A stretch of 64,000 bases of DNA, taken from contig NC_086378.1 in the NCBI RefSeq assembly GCF_036588685.1, forward strand, positions 82,336,001-82,400,000, given 5' to 3'. Shown piece after piece: positions 12,001-24,000 of this stretch. Numbering within the stretch: the first letter of the stretch is position 1; every line of letters begins with the position of its first letter. The translations under genes and the position numbers were made by a program. Origin of the DNA: Mytilus trossulus. Lineage: Eukaryota. The notes under the pieces are model-generated. The model saw only the letters and a program-made list of their open reading frames with translations, ran no database searches and had not been told where the DNA came from.

Positions 12001-15000
12001 ATCACTTTGATTTTAATTGTCCTTTGTCTTTTATTTTTTTAAATTTTGATTTCAGTTTATTCAAGCATTACTGTTATTTAACATGTGTAATGAGAGATGA
12101 AGCTTACACTTGTATTTGTTTTGACTTCTGATTTCAGTTTATTCAAGCATTACTGTTATTTTACGGGTGGAATGCGAGGTGAAGCTTACACTTGTATTTG
12201 TTTTGACTTCTGATTTCAGTTTATTCAAGCATTACTGTTATTTTACGGGTGGAATGCGAGGTGAAGCTTACACTTGTATTTGTGGAACGTAAGTATTTAT
12301 TGTTCACTGTTTACATTTCAGTCTGTTTAAACATTATTGTTATTTCACTGGTGGAACAAGAAATGGGGCATATGCTTGTGTTTGTGGATCGTAAGTACTA
12401 TGCACAATTACATATGCATGAAGATTTTCATTTAATACATTAGATTATTAGAGAACTGTGGAATCTTTAATATTCATTTGATACCAACGCTCATGGATTT
12501 CATGTGTAAAGGTAAATCACAAAAAAATTCAGTGACATACACATTTTCTATTGTTACTTATGCATATATACTTTGGCAAAAACATAAATCAAATATTTTT
12601 ACGAAAAATTGGTATCAACAAAAATAAAAGAAACTACAGTACTTCTTTTGAGTTTATATATCTTACCATCTTACAATCTATTCTCTTTCAAAAATAATAC
12701 TAAATTTTATAGTAATTGGCATTAGACTATAATGTGATTGATCGGGTCTCCTCTATACAAAAAGGTATATAAGTTAATTGGAAAGAATAGAATAATTGCC
12801 ATCTTCTCATTAAGTTTCCATAGTTGTAAAAACATTTTCCCATTAGATTGATTGATTGTTGGTTGCTTAACATCCAGTGGCAAATATTTCATGCATATTC
12901 AGGACGATTTTCCCATTAGAAGAAGAATAGTTATTTTATCTTGGCCATAAAATCACTTGAATGAAAATGTGATTGGGACACTCAAATAAATAGTCAGAAA
13001 GATGCATGTTCCTGTCAACTATAGAAGACTTGAGAAAAGGTATGAGGCAACGGGTTCTCTAGCAGGCGTTGATAATTATTCAAGGAACCTTTCTACTATT
13101 CTTTCAGTATAATTATCCTCAGAGAAATAACTGCATGGTTAGATCATAATGGTATATTTTCATTCTTCTACAATATTTAGTAGTCATTTTTAAGAGGCAA
13201 CTACTGTTCATCTGTTGTTAACAAATAGGCAGTGTGACAATTTTAAGTGTATATTTTCAGTGGAGACAATGGTTCTGTATTACATTATGGCCATGCAGGT
13301 GCCCCAAATAGTAAACTGGTGCAGGATGGTGATATGTGGTAAGTTGGTAATAAGACACAATTATATCTTTTTGCTACATAGGATTCTTCTAGCGCTGGAA
13401 TTGTTATACTTTTAAGGACTTTGTAAATGATAATTATTTCACACTTATTAGATTATTTCTTTTAAGATGTTCTTTTTTTCCTGTGGAATAATTGTTGCAG
13501 CTTGAAATTAAGAAATTGGTAAAAGTTGCAATATTTCAATACTTGTTTCTTTATGAGTTACATCTAAGTTTGTCATGCAAATTATACCACACTTGTAATT
13601 CAAAGTATCAGAAAACAGGGAGTAGATGTTTCTGTAGGTGTGTGACAGATTCAAATAGCATTCACACATAACAACTCATCACTGTTGACCTGAAAACCAA
13701 AAAAAATATGAAGTCATTCTGTTCTCTCATGCAAGTGTGATGAAAACTTTTGTTAGAAGAACAAATGGACCAATGGATATAGGGACAACATGATTGAGAT
13801 TTTTTTTTAGATTTCAGACAATGTTAATGAAAATACCTTTTTACTAATTAATTCCATGTTGATGTGTAGATTGAATTATTTTCCTTTCAGTTTATTTGAT
13901 ATGGGCTGTGAGTATTATTGCTACACATCAGATATCACATGTTCCTTCCCAGCCAATGGAAAGTTTACAGAGAGGCAAAAAGGAATATATGAAGCTGTGT
14001 ATAAATCTAGTAGGGCAGTAATGGCAGCTGTTAAACCAGGTACAGTCTCATCAAGTCATCTTGTGATTACTTAAGGATTTCTCATGTTTTTAGAATTTGA
14101 TAGTTGATTAGATATTAAAAAAAATCAAGAATTAATGTATTGTACAACAATGTAAAGCTTTTCCCATTTATTCCATCATTCAAGTTCTTGGATGAGTTAT
14201 TCCTTTTATTACATTGCCTTTTAATGCCAATAGGTAAAAAAACAAATAGAAGCACCTACATATTTTCAACACATTCTTACTTTATGTAGATGCAACTTCA
14301 TTGTCAACAACTATTGTTTTGTATAACAGATGTGAAATTACAGAATTTATTTCTCATGCGGAATATCAGTTCAAATGACTGGAAAATCACAATCTTTCAT
14401 GTACTGTCCTATAACAATGTTATTTTTTTAAGAGTAAAATAGAGTTAAGACGTATTTATACATCTTCTTCTGAGAACAATACAGATATCTATAAATTTGC
14501 TATTGTGTTTAGGTGTTTGTTGGGTTGACATGCACTTGCTGGCAGATAGAACACACCTAGAGGAATTGAAGAGACTTGGTCTGGTTACAGGAGATGTTGA
14601 TGAGATGATGAAAGTCAGACTTGGGGCTGTGTTCATGCCACATGGTCTGGGTCATTTTATGGGACTAGATACACATGATGTGGGAGGATACCCAGAGGTA
14701 TGGATTCAATTTTAAATGGGAGAATTAATAAATAGTTAATCTTTAATGGATGAGATAAGTGAATAAATATAGATTCCACAACTGCAACAAGTGTATTACA
14801 ATATTTCTCCACTCGAGAGAGTTAAATTTTAATATTTAAAGCGTGAGGCTTTCCAATCTTTTTAAATTATTAAGAATTAACTATTGAGAGGGAAGAAATA
14901 TCACAATACACAAATTACAGTGGTGGAATCTGTTTCCCTCCTAACATGCCTAAATTTTTATCCTTTTTTTTCAAAGATTTGAGGAAAGATGTGTACTTTT

Positions 15001-18000
15001 GATGTGACGTCATCAGGCATGGTCGCCTTTTTCATGACAATACAATAAGAAAATTCAGAAGAAAACAAGAAAACGTCACATGTTAATTTCAACCAATCAT
15101 TTGCAGAGAACTGATTTTTCAGTAGAGATGAGAAAAAAAATTCTCACACCGGTCTGGAATTGAGAAAATAGCACAAAAATTAGAGAAACTTACAAATACA
15201 ACTAGAATATTTTTACAGTGATAAATGTATCTCATAAAACTAATTAAATCTTATGAAATCATTAAGTCTTTGACAAGCAAATTAAATACCAGTCTATCAT
15301 TCTTATGATTTCAGGGCACTGAGAGAAGCAAAGAAGCAGGATTGAAATCCCTGAGAACAGTAAGAACTCTACAACAAAGAATGGTTCTCACCATTGAACC
15401 TGGAATATATTTTATTGATGTGGTGAGTTATTTATATATACTTTCTGGTAATGGTACTATATATGTAGATAAAGTGAGTGAGACAGAGAGCAAACAACTC
15501 AAAAACCAATGAGAGCAGTGGGATGCATAATGTTGTAACTTATTGATTTATCTCATCATGTGTCCTATCTTAATAGATTTATATCCAAAATAGTTTACAA
15601 GGGCGTTTATTTGCAAATTGCAAATGTTTACAGTTCATACTTAAAATCAAAAATCCTCTAATTGTCTGATTAGTTAAAGGGGAGGCATAAGGTCTTACAT
15701 TCTAATGATTTTTGTAAATTTTACATATTTGTATTGTTTAAAGTTGTTATTTGTTGTTTGTATTTAGTAGCAATCCATTTTACGGATTTTATACTCATAA
15801 AATATTATATCTGATAGGTGTACTAAGTGTAAACAGTACTACATTGTATTCATTTAATCACATAAAATAATTATTTGATTTATATTATTCCAGTTATTGG
15901 ATGCAGCTTTGAATAACCCTGAACAAGCCAAGTTTTTAGTACGTGAAAAGATTGACAGCCATCGAGGCTTTGGAGGGGTAAGCTAAATAATATCTTCAAT
16001 GCTAGGTCAAGGAAAAGTTCAAATATAATACCTTAAACAATAGCTAGAAGGTGTTGTATGAAGCTTCAATCTGTGTAGATGAAATATAGAAACATATTTA
16101 GTTTGCATTATTTTGCACTTGATTTTGTTTTAAAAACATTTTAAATGAGGCTTACAACCTGCCAATTATATAGAATATATGTGGTAAAATTGAACCTGTG
16201 TAAGCTACATTTTGAGATACATACTGTTAACTTATTTCTCCAAATCTTCGTCAATTTATCCCTTTCTGCATCCATTGAATAAAAAATTTAATCAACATGT
16301 GGTTCGTTTGATCTCAGTTCTTCATTGGTTAAAATTCGATTATGACGTCAAATTTTCTTGTTTTCCTCTTGATTTCCTATTGTGATGGCATGAAAAAAGG
16401 CAACCATGCCTGATGACTTCACATAGAAAGAACACATCTTTTTGCAGATCAGTCGCAAAGAAGGAATAAGTTTGCTGTGTATTGTTTGAAAAACATTAGA
16501 AAAAACAGATTCCACCACCAAATCTCGTGTAATACCATATTTAACCACTCTCGACAGTTAAATTTTAAATATTTAAACATTTAAACTGTCTCGTTTGGAT
16601 AAATATCGTATTACGCTCGATGCAGTGGTGGAATCTATAGTAATATTACTAATGATTGTTTTCCAGGTCAGAATAGAAGATGATATAGCCATAATTACTA
16701 ATGATTGTTTTCTAGGTCAGAATAGAAGATGATATAGCCATAATTACTAATGATTGTTTTCTAGGTCAGAATAGAAGATGATATAGCCATAATTACTAAT
16801 GATTGTTTTCTAGGTCAGAATAGAAGATGATATAGCCATAATTACTAATGATTGTTTTCTAGGTCAGAATAGAAGATGATATAGCCATAATTACTAATGA
16901 TTGTTTTCTAGGTCAGAATAGAAGATGATATAGCCATAATTACTAATGATTGTTTTCTAGGTCAGAATAGAAGATGATATAGCCATAATTACTAATGATT
17001 GTTTTCTAGGTCAGAATAGAAGATGATATAGCCATAATTACTAATAATTGTTTTCTAGGTCAGAATAGAAGATGATATAGCCATAATTACTAATGATTGT
17101 TTTCTAGGTCAGAATAGAAGATGATATAGCCATAATAACTAATGATTGTTTTCTAGGTCAGAATAGAAGATGATATAGCCATAATTACTAATAATTGTTT
17201 TCTAGGTCAGAATAGAAGATGATATAGCCATAATTACTAATGATTGTTTTCCAGGTCAGAATAGAAGATGATATAGCCATAATTACTAATGATTGTTTTC
17301 TAGGTCAGAATAGAAGATGATATAGCCATAATTACTAATGATTGTTTTTCAGGTCAGAATAGAAGATGATATAGCCATAATTACTAATAATTGTTTTCTA
17401 GGTCAGAATAGAAGATGATATAGCCATAATAACTAATGATTGTTTTCTAGGTCAGAATAGAAGATGATATAGCCATAATTACTAATGATTGTTTTCTAGG
17501 TCAGAATAGAAGATGATATAGCCATAATTACTAATGATTGTTTTCTAGGTCAGAATAGAAGATGATATAGCCATAATTACTAATGATTGTTTTCTAGGTC
17601 AGAATAGAAGATGATATAGCCATAATTACTAATGATTGTTTTCTAGGTCAGAATAGAAGATGATATAGCCATAATTACTAATGATTGTTTTCTAGGTCAG
17701 AATAGAAGATGATATAGCCATAATTACTAATGATTGTTTTCTAGGTCAGAATAGAAGATGATATAGCCATAATTACTAATAATTGTTTTCTAGGTCAGAA
17801 TAGAAGATGATATAGCCATAATTACTAATGATTGTTTTCTAGGTCAGAATAGAAGATGATATAGCCATAATAACTAATGATTGTTTTCTAGGTCAGAATA
17901 GAAGATGATATAGCCATAATTACTAATAATTGTTTTCTAGGTCAGAATAGAAGATGATATAGCCATAATTACTAATGATTGTTTTCCAGGTCAGAATAGA

Positions 18001-21000
18001 AGATGATATAGCCATAATTACTAATGATTGTTTTCTAGGTCAGAATAGAAGATGATATAGCCATAATTACTAATGATTGTTTTTCAGGTCAGAATAGAAG
18101 ATGATATAGCCATAATTACTAATAATTGTTTTCTAGGTCAGAATAGAAGATGATATAGCCATAATAACTAATGATTGTTTTCTAGGTCAGAATAGAAGAT
18201 GATATAGCCATAATTACTGATGATTGTTTTTCAGGTCAGAATAGAAGATGATATAGCCATAATTACTAATAATTGTTTTCTAGGTCAGAATAGAAGATGA
18301 TATAGCCATAATTACTAATGATAGTTTTCTAGGTCAGAATAGAAGATGATATAGCCATAATTACTAATAATTGTTTTCCAGGTCAGAATAGAAGATGATA
18401 TAGCCATAATTACTTATGATTGTTTTCCAGGTCAGAATAGAAGATGATATAGCCATAATTACTAATAATTGTTTTCTAGGTCAGAATAGAAGATGATATA
18501 GCCATAATTACTAATGATTGTTTTCTAGGTCAGAATAGAAGATGATATAGCCATAATTACTAATGATTGTTTTCTAGGTCAGAATAGAAGATGATATAGC
18601 CATAATTACTAATGATTGTTTTCTAGGTCAGAATAGAAGATGATATAGCCATAATTACTAATAATTGTTTTCTAGGTCAGAATAGAAGATGATATAGCCA
18701 TAATAACTAATGATTGTTTTCTAGGTCAGAATAGAAGATGATATAGCCATAATTACTAATGATTGTTTTCTAGGTCAGAATAGAAGATGATATAGCCATA
18801 ATTACTAATGATTGTTTTTCAGGTCAGAATAGAAGATGATATAGCCATAATTACTAATAATTGTTTTCTAGGTCAGAATAGAAGATGATATAGCCATAAT
18901 AACTAATGATTGTTTTCTAGGTCAGAATAGAAGATGATATAGCCATAATTACTGATGATTGTTTTTCAGGTCAGAATAGAAGATGATATAGCCATAATTA
19001 CTAATAATTGTTTTCTAGGTCAGAATAGAAGATGATATAGCCATAATTACTAATGATAGTTTTCTAGGTCAGAATAGAAGATGATATAGCCATAATAACT
19101 AATGATTGTTTTCCAGGTCAGAATAGAAGATGATATAGCCATAATTACTAATGATTGTTTTCTAGGTCAGAATAGAAGATGATATAGCCATAATAACTAA
19201 TGATTGTTTTCTAGGTCAGAATAGAAGATAATATAGCCATAATTACTTATGATTGTTTTCTAGGTCAGAATAGAAGATAATATAGCCATAATTACTAATG
19301 ATTGTTTTCCAGGTCAGAATAGAAGATGATATAGCCATAATTACTAATAATTGTTTTCTAGGTCAGAATAGAAGATGATATAGCCATAATTACTAATGAT
19401 TGTTTTCCAGGTCAGAATAGAAGATGATATAGCCATAATTACTAATAATTGTTTTCCAGGTCAGAATAGAAGATGATATAGCCATAATTACTTATGATTG
19501 TTTTCCAGGTCAGAATAGAAGATGATATAGCCATAATTACTAATAATTGTTTTCTAGGTCAGAATAGAAGATGATATAGCCATAATTACTAATAATTGTT
19601 TTTCAGGTCAGAATAGAAGATGATATAGCCATAATTACTAATGATTGTTTTCCAGGTCAGAACAGAAGATGATATAGCCATTATTACTAATGATTGTTTT
19701 CCAGGTCAGAATAGAAGATGATATAGCCATAATTACTAATGATTGTTTTCTAGGTCAGAATAGAAGATGATATAGCCATAATTACTAATGATTGTTTTTC
19801 AGGTCAGAATAGAAGATGATATAGCCATAATTACTAATGATTGTTTTCTAGGTCAGAATAGAAGATGATATAGCCATAATTACTAATGATTGTTTTCTAG
19901 GTCAGAATAGAAGATGATATAGCCATAATTACTAATGATTGTTTTCCAGGTCAGAATAGAAGATGATATAGCCATAATTACTAATGATTGTTTTCTAGGT
20001 CAGAATAGAAGATGATATAGCCATAATTACTAATGATTGTTTTTCAGGTCAGAATAGAAGATGATATAGCCATAATTACTAATGATTGTTTTCTAGGTCA
20101 GAATAGAAGATGATATAGCCATAATTACTAATGATTGCAGAGCTCCAGATAAGCTGCGTATTTGCGTGATCACGCAATTCAAATAATAGAAAACCCAATG
20201 CAATTGCCCATTGCAGGGTATAATAACCCAATTAATTCAAAGGAAAACCCAATTATATACCAAAACCATGAGTTCTCAACCCTTTTGTTGGCTACCGTTT
20301 GCGTTATTTACCCTTATCTGTTTTCACTTGTTGCGTAATCTATTTTTATTATATTTATAATTGGAAATGTCCTTTCGTTCTTAAAATAGATTCCTGCATA
20401 TCAAGTAGCTGAAATGGGTCCCTGTTGGCATTTTCCCTTGCTCAAAAGGTACACGTGGTTTTGAAATCATTTCGATCTTCTCGGCGTTTATCCGATTAGC
20501 GTGCGTCATATTGTCATATTTTTTTTCGAATTGCTCGAGATTTATCAAAACATACATTGAATTAAAACGAAAGTGAATGTCCGATAAAAATATTGAATAG
20601 AAGCATGTTTTCAGCTTCTTTTGCATAGCTGAGGGAAAGATATGATGATAACAACACTCAGCCAGTGTTTTTAGGAAGCGTCCGTCGAACGCATGGGCGT
20701 GTTTGCGTACCTCAACGAGAACATAATTTGCTAATAAACACAGGACTTCGTCAAAAACTGAATCAGTTGCCGTTAGAAAATGTGAAAGGCCAAATCAATT
20801 ATGAAATGATATGTAATTGGAAACCAAAAGTTCTAATAAGGGATGAATTAACCCAGATTTATGTAAATTGAATAAAACAAAAACATTCAAGTATATACTA
20901 TTTTTTTTTTTCGTTTTCACGGTTAATGAGTGAATACACACACAGGTACTCCTCTCAGAATTTTTAAATAAAGGTATATAAGAGAAAAAAAGATTTGAGA

Positions 21001-24000
21001 CGAGTGCTTGGGAATGCACATATCCGTTATATACAGTTTACATTATAAGTTGTGAGAAATTACAAAACTGGCAGAAGGTTAAAAACGGGACACAAATGAA
21101 ACCTACAATTGCTCGTCAGTGACTTAAGAAAATAAAACAGCTATAGCACATATTATTCAAAGAAAGAAACATACTTAAGATGGAAAAACATCCGGGGTTG
21201 ATATTGCCTAAATATTCAATAGTGTGTTGATGAAAAAACCCAATACACTAAGGAGCTTGGTGGTGAAAAACCCAATTTGATATTTACTTGAGGGGTGAAT
21301 TGGAATTGATAATGCAATTGAAAATCTTTATCACCCAATTACATAAGAAAATGGTGGGTAAAAACCCCAATTTGTGAATTCTTATCTGGAGCTCTGTGAT
21401 TGTTTTCTAGGTCAGAATAGAAGATGATATAGCCATAATTACTAATGATTGTTTTCTAGGTCAGAATAGAAGATGATATAGCCATAATTACTAATGATTG
21501 TTTTCTAGGTCAGAATAGAAGATGATATAGCCATAATTACTAATGATTGTTTTCCAGGTCAGAATAGAAGATGATATAGCCATAATTACTAATGATTGTT
21601 TTCTAGGTAAGAATAGAAGATGATATAGCCATAATTACTAATGATTGTTTTCCAGGTCAGAATAGAAGATGATATAGCCATAATTACTAATGATTGTTTT
21701 TCAGGTCAGAATAGAAGATGATATAGCCATAATTACTAATGATTGTTTTCTAGGTAAGAATAGAAGATGATATAGCCATAATTACTAATGATTGTTTTTC
21801 AGGTCAGAATAGAAGATGATATAGCCATAATTACTAATGATTGTTTTCCAGGTCAGAATAGAAGATGATATAGCCATAATTACTAATGATTGTTTTTCAG
21901 GTCAGAATAGAAGATGATATAGCCATAATAACTAATGATTGTTTTCTAGGTCAGAATAGAAGATGATATAGCCATAATAACTAATGATAGTTTTCCAGGT
22001 CAGAATAGAAGATGATATAGCCATAATTACTAATGATTGTTTTCCAGGTCAGAATAGAAGATGATATAGCCATAATTACTAATGATTGTTTTCCAGGTCA
22101 GAATAGAAGATGATATAGCCATAATTACTAATGATTGTTTTCCAGGTCAGAATAGAAGATGATATAGCCATAATTACTTATGATTGTTTTCTAGGTCAGA
22201 ATAGAAGATGATATAGCCATAATTACTAATGATTGTTTTCCAGGTCAGAATAGAAGATGATATAGCCATAATTACTAATGATTGTTTTCCAGGTCAGAAT
22301 TGAAGATGATATAGCCATAATTACTAATAATTGTTTTCTAGGTCAGAATAGAAGAGGATATAGCCATAATTACTAATGATTGTTTTTCAGGTCAGAATAG
22401 AAGATGATATAGCCATAATTACTAATGATTGTTTTCCAGGTCAGAATTGAAGATGATATAGCCATAATTACTAATAATTGTTTTCTAGGTCAGAATAGAA
22501 GAGGATATAGCCATAATTACTAATGATTGTTTTTCAGGTCAGAATAGAAGATGATATAGCCATAATTACTAATAATTGTTTTCTAGGTCAGAATAGAAGA
22601 TAATATAGCCATAATTACTAATGATTGTTTTTTCAGGTCATAATAGAAGATGATATAGCCATAATTACTAATAATTGTTTTCTAGGTCAGAATAGAAGAT
22701 GATATAGCCATAATTACTAATGATTGTTTTCTAGGTCAGAATAGAAGATGATATAGCCATAATTACTAATGATTGTTTTTCAGGTCAGAATAGAAGATGA
22801 TATAGCCATAATTACTAATGATTGTTTTCTAGGTCAGAATAGAAGATGATATAGCCATAATAACTAATGATTGTTTTCTAGGTCAGAATAGAAGATGATA
22901 TAGCCATAATTACTAATAATTGTTTTCTAGGTCAGAATAGAAGATGATATAGCCATAATTACTAATGATTGTTTTCTAGGTCAGAATAGAAGATGATATA
23001 GCCATAATAACTAATGATTGTTTTCTAGGTCAGAATAGAAGATGATATAGCCATAATAACTAATGATTGTTTTCCAGGTCAGAATAGAAGATGATATAGC
23101 CATAATTACTAATAATTGTTTTCTAGGTCAGAATAGAAGATGATATAGCCATAATTACTAATGATTGTTTTCTAGGTCAGAATAGAAGATGAAATAGCCA
23201 TAATTACTAATGATTGTTTTTCAGGTCAGAATAGAAGAAGATGATATAGCCATAATTACTAATGATTGTTTTCTAGGTCAGAATAGAAGAAGATGATATA
23301 GCCATAATTACTAATGATTGTTTTCTAGGTCAGAATAGAAGATGATATAGCCATAATTACTAATGATTGTTTTTTCTAGGTCAGAATAGAAGATGATGAT
23401 ATAGCCATAATTACTAATAATTGTTTTCTAGGTCAGAATAGAAGATGATATAGCCATAATTACTAATGATTGTTTTCTAGGTCAGAATAGAAGATGATAT
23501 AGCCATAATTACTAATGATTGTTTTTTCAGGTCATAATAGAAGATGATATAGCCATAATTACTAATAATTGTTTTCTAGGTCAGAATAGAAGATGATATA
23601 GCCATAATTACTAATGATTGTTTTCCAGGTCAGAATAGAAGATGATATAGCCATAATTACTAATGATTGTTTTTCAGGTCAGAATAGAAGATGATATAGC
23701 CATAATTACTAATAATTGTTTTCTAGGTCAGAATAGAAGATGATATAGCCATAATTACTAATGATTGTTTTCCAGGTCAGAATAGAAGATGATATAGCCA
23801 TAATTACTCATGATTGTTTTCTAGGTCAGAATAGAAGATGATATAGCCATAATTACTAATGATTGTTTTTCAGGTCAGAATAGAAGATGATATAGCCATA
23901 ATTACTAATAATTGTTTTCTAGGTCAGAATAGAAGATGATATAGCCATAATTACTAATAATTGTTTTCTAGGTCAGAATAGAAGATGATATAGCCATAAT

